Below the pieces are notes generated by a model. It ran no database searches and was not told the DNA's origin. It saw nothing but the letters and a program-made list of their open reading frames with translations. Positions 14,777-26,700 of a stretch of 64,000 nt of DNA are shown in pieces. Position 1 is the first letter of the stretch; the number at the start of each line of letters is the position of its first letter. The translations under genes were made by a program, and so were the position numbers. This DNA comes from Fimbriosthenelais zetlandica (lineage: Eukaryota): assembly GCA_977030845.1 (NCBI GenBank), contig OZ365112.1, positions 8,246,001 through 8,310,000 of the forward strand, read 5' to 3'.

Positions 14777-17700
14777 GCAAGTATCCCACAGTCAACTTCT
14801 AAAGGCACCCTCTCCTCACTCAAAGGACATTGTGGAGAGCTTAAAGGCTCATTGTCCAAGAAGAAATGCTATAAAGGTGCAAGAATGACCCGAATCCATA
14901 GTCTGTCTCCCTATTTATGGAATTATGAGCTAACCGCAGGCTCATTATTGATGCAGGCAGACTATGGGAGGTTAGAAAGTGTAAGAGGCATAAAGACATA
15001 GAACTATGAGATAGAGATGTTCAGGAGCTGGGGAATGGCTTCATGAAATGAGAGGAAGATTTAGGGCGTCAAAAGAAAGGTAGTCATTGACAAAACCAAT
15101 GGAAATAGGGCGAATCTTAGTGAAGATTCATATTGAAAATCAATTGGGGGAAAGTAGATGAGTGGGGAAGAGAAAATTGGGAAGTATGAATATGAAGGTC
15201 CTGATACTGAGGAATTGCTAGTGAAGGAGAACATGAAGGAAGGAATGGGGGATCAGGAAAACAACATGGGGAAATTATGGATAGATGCAGGCACGGAGCT
15301 TATGAATTTATTCTGGTTGCAGAACTCCCGGCAGCTGGGCAAATCAGACAAATCCTTCCTGCATCCCATGAGCTGTTTTTCCTTGTTATTCTCTACATGC
15401 GATGCACTGGGGGTTATTATTAGCTGGAGACAATGTCCTATTCTCCACGTAGGAACTAGAGCCCTTCATGGAAATGAGTTTGTTCCACTGCCAGCAATGC
15501 AAAATACATAAAAATCAGGTAATCCCCTCGCTACTGAATGTAGGGGCACTCATTCTATCTATTTCATTGCTTGCTCGAGCCAATAATGTCACAAAGATAA
15601 TTCATGAAAGGATCATTATTTGGAGATGGACTTTCAAGTGTTTTCCAATGGGCCCGCTCCGCAACTACCAAGCAGTTATCCAAACAATGGAGGAAAAAAT
15701 GATGGATTAATTCCATTTGCACAATCTATACCATTATTTCGGAAATCTTATCGCTGCAGTGTAATCTGAAGAGGTTGTTCTTGGTGGAATGAGTTCAGTG
15801 ATATCTCTTTCTGAATTATTAGTCCATCCCTCTCTCTACAGGTGACTTTTTATTCTATGGCAAAGGAAGTTATAGCAATCAGGGCATGATTCCCTACACA
15901 CAATATGATGCATAATTCCCTCATCTGTCAAATCAGGCTAATCTGAATTTCCTGAATGCATTTTCATTGTCTCATGAGGGTTGATGGCTGCACACTAATA
16001 AGGCAGACGATTCCAATCAACTAGAATCACTAATGGCTCCATTGGCATCATGATCTTCGTTTCCCTATATCCCTGCAGCATTGCAATACTACATGTATAT
16101 TCTTTTCGTGTAAGGACCCCTTTAGATTTCCTGAATTTTATAACATCTAATGTAGTCAGGAAGTATTATGTAGCCTCAGCCTCTGGACATCCTGACCACA
16201 AATACAACTTCTGACATTTATATAGAATAGTAGTTTTGTTATTAATAATATTTATATGGAAACATTTGTTCTAGATAAAGGACATTTCTCATCCGCATTA
16301 TACTGTATTTAAGGAACTGCTCTTGACAAATTCTGAATTACCAGTGGCAGTGATGGGGTATATAGAAGGAGGAGGTACATGCGTACTGTCTAATATAAAG
16401 TTTCTCATATCACTGATAGGGTGGTGTTGCTAACCTGTTACGGATTGATAGTGGACCGTATCTGAGGTTTAAGATTCACGGGGCTGAAGTTAACACCAAC
16501 TACAAACTGGGGAGATCCAGTTGGCTACATCTAGCCCTGACATGGGGCTCTACCGGTAAGCGATAAGCTTTATTGGATATATATCATATTAGCCTTTTGC
16601 TTTGTGTCAATGACCTGTTAGATTTAAGATTAATTAAATTATAAAAGGGTGGGCACACACTATACAGAAATCTGATATGTTTAACAGGCAAGAGTTAATT
16701 ACTTATGAGTGGCTGAGATAAAATGACAGATGTTAATCATATTAAATTATTTTTAAGTTTTATGTGAATCGATTGTAGTGTTTGCCCGCTCCTTATTATC
16801 TTGAAAAGGTCATGTCGAATAATAGACGCATAGATAATGGGATGCATAGATTAATGTTTGTTTCTTCAGCCTTGTTCCCTGCTTTACTTTAACAATAAAA
16901 TTCTCTCTGAAAGTCTCCCAAGCATCGACACAACCACGCCACAATCACGAGGCTAGACAGGTAAGGGTTATCTGGCATGTGGGTGAGAACAGGTCCTCGT
17001 GGTTTGGTTTCGGACGTGCCCCAGGAACGTACATAGCAGCTCCAGTGCTAAACTTTACCCTATACAGTGCCACATTTCCCTCTACTACTTGCAAATTTGC
17101 CCATCAAAGTAGTATTCGGAAATGTGCCGTTGTTTCGGGAAATTCCGCCCGATCAATGTATAAGATCATCTTACTGACATCATCCATTCAATCCATCCAT
17201 TCTCTCTAATCGCCTTCATGATTATTATACCAATTGCTTGTATATATACAATGTTATCATGTATGTTTAAAATCGATATTTTGTTTCATTCCCTGTCTTT
17301 ATTTGAATGTCTCGATAGGTGAACTATAATTAAAAGTTAGCTGTTGTATACGGTACACCAAGAGCAATGTGTTCATCTATAATAAGGCCATTTATATTTT
17401 TGTTACCGAGTCCCTTAGGGCTATTTATAAGTTCAATGGAACTGTTATTGTCACTTAGATGTATGTACGAAAAAGTCATCAATCCGTCCTATAGTAAATT
17501 GCGGTAAATGCAGATGAGTAGCTACCTCTGCTCATTAGGTAATAAACCAGACATAATCCAAGAAATTGTATTTGCATAATAGTAACCAGACATAAGCTCC
17601 ATTAATCATCGCATGGCTGAAGGAGATGAGCCTGGTCAAAAGTGTAACTTTGAAATATTAGACGAGATGGTAAAAACCCAAGTGTAGATGGAATTCGTAT

Positions 17701-20700
17701 GCAGATGAGGGACAGGAAGCTCCCTGTATTTGGAGAGATGTGACTCTTCCAGATCTTGGCACATGTATAATAGGGAAGAGCCAGGCGCCAGTGACAGTTG
17801 AGCCTTCCAATCTTTTTCCTTCTCTGTCAGGATTTATACCCGAATTAGCACCCGTCCCCTGCTTGCCTGTGTGGATTTTTCCTCCATTGCTCGGCGGGAG
17901 AGTGTAAAAAGAAGGCATGGGATCCTAGGCTCTCTCAGGCTGTATCATTCAAGTGTCTGATCCATTAGAGGGCCATTAATCTTGAGTGGATTTATAGGTA
18001 ATCCATGCATTGCCTCAGGGATAAGTAACCACTGCTAATCCCTATACTTCACGAGTACTTGTAATATATCACCACTGTCCTCTCCGCTATGATTCAATAG
18101 CCTTTGGCATTGCCTTTACAACTCCGGATATCTGTCATTGGATGTTCTATGTATTACTTCAATTTGAACTGTTCTTCCATCACATGAACCCAAAATACTT
18201 CTTTCTGAGGGGATTAAACATCGCTAATCCCCACCTGGGGCGTTTACTCTAGCATCTGTAATGTTTTGCAATTAAATATCAATATCTGTAAAGTTCATAG
18301 AAACAGAAATAAGATATGTTTAAAGTCTGATAGCAGATCCTCAATTTCCAGTGTTAAAAGGTCATAATTGTATCTTCACAATGTAAATTTAAGTAGTTGT
18401 TCTGGTCTGCTTACCTCCATTTTCTATACCTCACATGTGACTTACTATTATTTTCACTTGCATATTCAATAGAATTTCTACAAGAACCAATATCTATAGG
18501 AAGTGTACCAGCATTGAGCCACTGTTATTTTTGCTTAGTATTCATGAGGAGCCCTGAGTGAAAGGAGATATGACTTTGGAGCTCATTTCTTTGCATTTTC
18601 TGAGTTTCCTGCACATATGATATTTCCCTCTCGTGTTGTTAGACGGACGCTGGCACCTGTACATTAATGCGGGCACCACATTCGACCTCCAAGGCCGCGC
18701 CCGGGAGGCGCAAACAGCAATACCAGGCGGTGGAGAAATGTTGCTAGGTCAAGCCTCGAGAACACCACAAAGGGTAACTCTAGTTCTAACATCCACCATT
18801 CAATCCATTATTGTGCAAACTTTGACTCTGCATTTAAGCATTTTAGTAGTAACTGTAGGCGTTCAAACCTTCACAAACTCCTTGTGATGCTAGAATGTGC
18901 GGATGTGGATGTGGATGCGTTCATTTATATTAATTTCTACAGGCCATCCGCATCCGCACATATGGAATCAGGCCTGTATAAATCAATGTAAATGATTTTT
19001 TCGCATCGGCATCCGCACATACGGAATCCTAGCTTTAACCAGGCAATTAGACACTACCTTTCATTAATGGAATCCGAAATCTCTTTGGACTCATCGCCGT
19101 TGTCATTGCTTTAAAATTGAACAATGGTGTAACTGGCATAAACAATGAACAAACCCGATATTGTTAGAATTAGAAGTTGATCCAAGGAAGTTGGTAAGAA
19201 CTTTCAGCTTGGACATTTAGATGCAGCTCGTGTTGGGTTGTCATTTATCCTGGGGTGTTGCTTACAGCCACTTGCTCACTTAAGGACTGTTGCTGAATTT
19301 AAAAGGGATTATAGGCTGGAGCAAGGTTCGCCTCTTTAATCATTTGGGGCCCACACACAGCTGAGCATACAAAGACATAGCATTGACCTTCCCAAACATA
19401 AGCTATACATGTCATTATAGATATCACCAACAATCCATTATTCATCCACAAATGGCTTCCCAAGCTTTTTATTTCAACTTATTGATTCCCCACAAAGTTT
19501 GATTCCTGAAAATTAAAATGCTCCAAATCAGCGAGATCGATTTCAAGAATATTTGAGGTGGTGTATTATTTATAACAGTGGCTCCTCAAGGCCCTCCCCG
19601 GTGTCCCCACCCATAATTTCAATCTTAAGTGAGCCGTGATTGAAATAATTGAACTGAAAAAGATGTTCTCATTTTTTGTCTCTCTCTTTTTTGCTTGGTT
19701 TTATAAGGAAGCGGCCTTTGATGCCAGTCTGGCATTTATGGGAGAAATGGGATTCGTTAACATCTGGCATCATAAAATGAGCAATACAGAGATAGGAGAT
19801 TTGGTCAAGGATTGCAGTTTCATGCAGTGTGGCAATGCGGTGGAGTGGGCTGATTTTAGAAGTGGTACACATGGACTCGTAAGGTTAAGGTGGCCTTCCT
19901 TTATCATGGGTAAGTCAAAACCTTATCTTCAAGTCGCTTCCTTCCTTCAGTTTGGTATTGATAAATGATTTGTTTACCAGTTCAAACTCACAGCTGAATG
20001 TCTATTGTTATAGGTGCACAACCATGCTTCAACGAAAAGGACGCTGGAATAACATGTGATAAATATTGCAGCCATGTCATAGGTAAGTCTAATAGAGAAA
20101 TCTTTAAGTTCTTTCTCAAGAACCCAGCAATATTCTTTCAAATCAAAGAGTATCCCAAACCCTCCATGGATCTTAAAGTTGTATGGAGATTATTTGAGAT
20201 GTTCGATCGTAGAGCGATATGCTTGGATCTGTATTATTCATGACTTCATCACAGTGGTTAAGACCTTTGTGTACACTGTCAATATAGAAGGTGTGTGACT
20301 TGTAGGCTAGATCCACTGCATCGCATTAGAGTCACTCTTGAGTGTCATTCAACCTATGTTTACAACCAGGCCAGCAGTCTCAGAAGCTGCCAAGTCTCAG
20401 GAGGAAAAGCGGAGCGATATCTAGTTGATTTAATACAGATTGTCTGTCGACCATAATGCATTAATCAACACCCTCCGAGGGAAAGATGGGGTTAAAATTA
20501 GGCTAAAATACAGAGAATGATTAAAGTAACATGCGGCAACCTTCAAGGAAATTGATTTGTTGGGTGAAGTCCATTTCCATAAAAAAGCAATCTTGTCTTG
20601 GTGATAAATGGAGAAGCAGGTCAGATATTTGCTTGGCGCCGTCATTAAGGACTCTATAGTCTAAAGTATGTAGTAAACATACAGATGAATAAAACATGAG

Positions 20701-23700
20701 ATGGCGAACCATTGTTATACATTATACGCCATTCATCCATACACACTCACTCTAATGTCCTCTAAGGAGGGCTTTATCTTTACTTTGATTTATGCTATTC
20801 GTCCACCTCCCATACGCCTTTGAACTAAGCACTCACAGAGGAGCTAAGTTCTTTCAGACTTCACATTGCCTCCAAGGATATCCCCTTCAACAAGGCAGAG
20901 CATTTGATATCAGTTGAAGTCCGTTTCAGTTCCGCTTTACCTTCTGCATTTTACTTTTGTGAATAAGGAGACTCACTCAAGGTAGAATGGATATAGTCTA
21001 GTCGAGCGGTGCTTAGGTTTTCATAGCTGCTCAAGAAAAGGAAGTTGCATGTATAATGCACACGTGGTCTCTTCTGTCTGGTGATTTTTTCTCTATTTTT
21101 CTTACTTCAGGAGCTCAGTGTAATGCGGAGATAGTGGAAAACGTGGAATGGGCACGGACACCGGCAGACGAAACGGCCTCCGTCCCCTGTCCCGGAAGGA
21201 CTTTCGCAGAGGGTGACGTCATAGGTAAAGAAAAAGTAGTTCTTCGTTAAGTAGGCCCGTGTAGAAGTCTAGAGGAACTTTCTTGGAGTAATGATTTCTG
21301 ATCTATAGGCTCCACCTGGGGCTCATTGGCATAGGGTTGCCATTCAGTGCTTGTAACTAGGAAGTCTTTGAGATTTTTTTCGGTATTTGACCGGAAGAAG
21401 GAGGTCCAAAATGAGTCTTTGATGTTAATGTTTGCCTTGAGCTGCTGCTTGAAGCAATCTGCCAGCTGATAATGCATCAAATGTTGCCGATCACTGACGA
21501 TTAAGTCTCAAGAGCCGACGTTTAAATATTGAACGTTCAAGATGGATGATGGCGGCCAAGTGGCATCCATGGGCCATGGCAGGAGAAACACCGAGAATCT
21601 CTTAGAATCTCCCTCCAACAGACGACAGTCGTCCAAAAGCAGACCATCTTTATTTAGTCTCCATTGGCGCCAGTGAGAAGCTCAAAAAGAAATCTTCTTC
21701 AGGGGGAAAGGGGTGATCTTCAGTGGCATGGGTGTGGCTTGTTTGCAAACGGAGACAATGGTGCGACTCATTGTCGTGTTGCGTTATATATCGCTTTCGT
21801 TGGTCAACAAAAGGTTCCCACCAGTATACCCCTTCACCCCCTATATCTCATACATGCACAGTGCAGGAGGCCTTGTTTCAAGTCACTAGCTTATGCAAAG
21901 CTGAATCAATGACGATGGAAGGAGCCTTGCGAACAAGTTGTGGTGAAACCCGACTCCTTGATCGATTACTGCATGTTGGCTTAGGGCAATTTGCTATTAA
22001 GACAAACGTGTCGGATTTCTATTGTGGATCATCGGCTGAATATGTAACCATGTGGACGTGTCTGCCTGAGAGGGAACCCTTCAATTTAGCCGGCGATTGG
22101 GGGAACGAGGAGGGGTGACAGCACTCAATAATGGTGGTGAAATTTGGTAGGTAGAGAGCAAAGAGGTCTGGAGCTTTGTAAAGGGAAGATGCATGAAGAC
22201 TGAGGATGGTGAAGAAACACTACCTCTCAAAGAAGTGTCAGTGAGCATTTAGGCTTATCAGCATAATCACCACTGGTCGTGTCATATGAGGCTATCTATT
22301 GATCAGCGGGGGAGAGATGTGGGAATGAGAAGAAAGAGGCGAAGAAAGATGGTCACTCTCATAGGAGCCATTCACCGCCACTTACAGCAAGTGTCTCCAC
22401 TATCACCACCTCAACAGATGTATCAATAAGCTTGTTTTAAGCTTCTCCCACAGTTTCAAATTCCCTATGCAAAATATAACATCCATACAAGCTTATATTA
22501 ATAATGTAAGCAAGAGTAACGTATACTTTAGTACATATGGCCTTTACGCGTCAAAGAAGATCAAAAGAATTGAGAATATCGAATCTAGAAACCTGCTGCT
22601 ATAGAAATAACAGAGTTTTTCTTCCTTATGAATATTTAAACCCAAGAAGCTTCTTCACATGGAGCGGCTAGAGCTGAGACGTTATGGTTAAAAACTCGAC
22701 TATTGTATATGCATTTAATGAGAGTCGGTCGGGAATCCTATCATCCTTGATTCAAACTAGCACAGCTGTTACCCGATTTGTAACTTCTTAGTGGAATTAA
22801 AAGTTGCAAAAAGGAGTGTAAGACATTAAAACACTTTATCAGGGAGATTATTACTGGTACCGTTATAAAAACATGTGTAGGCCCCATGTGTTAGAAACAG
22901 GTCCCTCAGACTGACTGCATTAGAGGAAGACTTTGCAAGCTGAATGGCAACAAGAACTCTGAATGCCAAGTAGATGTTACCCAGGAAAAGCTTCCAAGTA
23001 AAATAGCAAAGTGTTATAATTAATGAGATATTCTTTTGACCAAGAGTAACAAAAGTTACTTCCCAGTTCAGGATATAGTTTCGGAATAGCATCAATCATT
23101 CATTTCGAATTGAGATGCTAATCATACACGGTTACAAGCGCTTTTGTTTCGCAAGATTTGATTCTGCGATTTTTTGGACCTATATACATGAGGGGGAATA
23201 TGTAATAGAGTTTGCTTCATCATCTCTATTGATGTCTATGTGATTGATGTTAGCGTTTTGACAGAAGCAACTGCCAACATAATCAACTACAAGCCCTAAA
23301 AAAACTGATCACATTCATCCCGGACTAAAAATTATTAGATATTTGTGTCGTTTTAACACTGCTGGGGATAGCAGGATGGAAAAAAAATTCATTTTGATTT
23401 TGGTGAAAGAAAAATTGAGGCAACATGGTTCTGTCTGCTTCTGTCTGATTATAGATAATGATAATTCCAGGTGATGGGAGATGATGGAGTGTGGCTGGGT
23501 GAGGGGAGGTGGGAGGGGAGGAGGTGGGGGCAGTCTATAAGGCTAAAGCCTCTGTTCATGTTGCTCTTTCAGTGTACGCAAATAGAAGCTGTACCCGGAC
23601 GGCAAATAACGATGGCAAATGGGAAGATCCGGTGATGGATGACTGCGTCTCTCAAAAGGAGCTGGAGATGAGAAAAACGGTTTGTTGTTATTTGATACTA

Positions 23701-26700
23701 ATGGGAGAGGAGAGGGCCCACCTCGCCCCGTGTATACACTGTTACTGTAGGCAAAAAATGACCGTTGAATTAGATAAACTCTAATATAGTCATAATGATG
23801 CAACGACCGGAAGCCGCATGTATTACGGTATTTGCTCATAATGTCAATACATGGACCATCACTATGGTAGTTCCCTTAATTCTATATGTGCGTTATGCAT
23901 TAGAACTGTGAATGGAAGGCTGCATGTGACGAGTGGAATTCAATGGGTTTAGAATGTACTCTTAATGGAAGGATGTAAAAAGTGAATTCCCAATCTTGTT
24001 ACACCGGATGAAGGCAGGGACTGATTTGGGAACAATGGGTCTAATGGCATTAATATTCCATATAAATATCATATTCAGTCACAGGTGGGCTTTGGGAAGA
24101 CATTCAGAAGGGATGCGTTTAAAATCGCATTATAAAAGGCATTGAATATCTAAACATATGAAAACTGGCAACAGGTTCCATCTGAATTTATGTGAAGAAA
24201 GTGTATAAATGGATCTAAATAATTATATGAAATGCAAATCCTCACTTTAGATCTTACATTTCTAACAAATGGGTGAAAAGAAAGAATCCTTGAGGTTTAC
24301 AAAAGAATGTGACTGTGAAAGAGAAGTATTTCTCAAGGATTGAGTAAGGGAAGTGCTTCCAAAAAGCAGGTATAGATTGCATCTGTTGTCTGTTCCATAA
24401 GAAACTGCGCTATCATTTTATTTTTCATGAAACGGTAATTGATTTGATCCCGGGTCTAATAAGGATTTCTCTCTGTCTAGATACGCGACTTTGCGGCCAA
24501 AGAAGAAGTAAACTCTACTGAAGTGCTAGAGCTTGCCAAGGACCTCATGAACAGGACAGCTACGGAGCAGTACTGGAATCCAGTGGATATCGCCACTGTT
24601 ATAGATTCCCTCTCCTCTCTCCTGGAGGCCCAGGTAATCCCACGTCTACAGTACCACCTAGTGAAGCAATGCTGAACTAGGCTCCACCATAACGTCCCCA
24701 ATCAGTTAGACCACCTCTCACTGGGGGCGCCACTGTGTCTGACCAAAATCTCCATTGGGGTAGCTCCACTGGATTTTAAATTGTAACTCCCACAACTGTC
24801 ACAAGTGTAACTGCTCTAGCAGGGGCTTGATATTTAATGTCAGGGCTGCCTAAATTATGCTCTATTTGCGATTGCTGTGGCAGATATGGCAGTTAGAAAA
24901 TGACCATAGAAAGTCAGCCACAAGGGCTTTCACAAGACAAAAGCTACCCAGGAATATAATGGATATCAGTTGACCTTCTAATTTCCAGTATAGGTTTATG
25001 ACTAAGCGGGTTTTCTTTCTGACTGTTCATAGATTCAATATAGTAACAGCAATCTGTCAACGGCAATTGAACAATTGTTCTATTCATGAATGTAAATGAT
25101 TATTCGTATTGCTTATGATGAGTTAAAAATGACCTTTAATGAGTGTTTGTCTTCCTTGCATATTGAAGGGCAAAGCGATAAATGACATATCATCAGGCAA
25201 CCGCAGTGGAGGGCCGCAACGTCATACTAGGAAACAACAGCAACATCCATTCCTAGGGGAAGTTCAATCGTTTGCCAAGGTAGGTAGACCATTACCATAA
25301 AGTAGGCCCATGAGAAAAGGGGTTAAAACTAGATTCATAACTCTCTGACATATCATACCTTGTGGTGTCAACGAGTGTACCTTATAGTGAAATCTATGCC
25401 TTTTTTCGTGATTTTCACTGTTGTTTCAAGTTAGGAAATCTTTCAAAAAGTCTTAAAACAAACCTAATGCACATCGCAAGACACTTAAAGTTTGCAGTGC
25501 AGGAACAGCTCACTGACAAGGGTAACTTTAACTTGAAAAGAACATTTTGATTATCCACTGTACCTTTGGGCTTGCGTACAAGCTCAAGGCTAAACCCCAT
25601 TCCACTGAAGCAAATTTTTAAGGATTTGTTTTGACTTGTTCTCTGTTTAGGTTGTGAGTGCCGTGTTGGACTACCTAGTGACAGATAGGAATAGTCCTGG
25701 ATGGGGAGCTACATTACCACCAGGCATGGAGGGGGACACCCTCGTCATGGTACTAGAAGAATTCCTCGGCTTCCTCTACCAATCGCTACAGAGTAACGTC
25801 AATAATGGCGCTTTACCGCCGGAAGAGGCCGACATTAGTGCCTTCCGTGGGCGTCTCGGTAACTATAACCCACTGAGTTATGATCTCCCTACATTCTGCT
25901 TTGCGATCCAATTACAACAAATAATTTTAAAAGTATTGTGAATGAACCCACTGAAAAAGTATGTGGAATGAACCTAGGAACATGGTCCTGTGTGCTCTGT
26001 TTTTTATGGATCAGAATACTCTACGTTGTTATTTTGAGCATGTTCAAGCAGATCGTAGGGAGATCGTAGTTCAGTGGGTTCATGCTATAAAACAGGGCCT
26101 ACACTGTCAAGGTTTGATTATCATGGTTCAAATCTAGAACCTGATTAACTGAAATTCACCATGGTTGAGACATTCTTTTGATCAATGATATGGATACACG
26201 TGTAAGTAAATGGCTGGTTAATTGTACTTTCTGGTGTCATTTTGATTTGTAGCCTTCCGAACCAAGTCGTACCGAACTACAATGTTCACAGGCCTGCTCT
26301 TTCCTGGGGAAACAGAGCCACCTTTCCGTACAGGCCGACGGAAAGGATTTATTGAAATCTCTGCAAAAACAATTTCCGAATTCAACAACACAACAGCTCT
26401 TCCAGGTTAGTAAATGCATGACTTTTACAATAAACCATGTGCCTCTGATTTTGCTTATTTGCTTAATATCAAAAATAAAAATAAATTGATGGAATAGCTC
26501 ACTAAACATAAAAAAAATACAGAGCAGAAGGTGCAAGCCTTTTTCTACATTTCCTCCTTTTCAGATATCATTGGCATATCAACTGCATTGTACTCCGCAG
26601 CCAAGACTCTTCCAAATCATGACATCAGTAGGTATGTACAAATGGTGTCAATTCAAGGATTACCTTCTTATTTCTGTAAAATTACTCTTAAGTGGATATC

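Noticed and set aside
14777-15001. Continuation of ORF 14672-15001 beyond SYKQ, and a GT donor at 14781
   Set aside because: Pentraxin similarity stops at SYKQ. The GT donor gives the wrong phase for exon 2.
15158-15710. Purine-rich ORFs (117 and 80 aa)
   Set aside because: Intronic composition bias. They cannot be fitted between the phase-matched exons.
20240-20310. tRNA/SINE A-box-like AGTGGTTAAG
   Set aside because: No B box and no cloverleaf stems.
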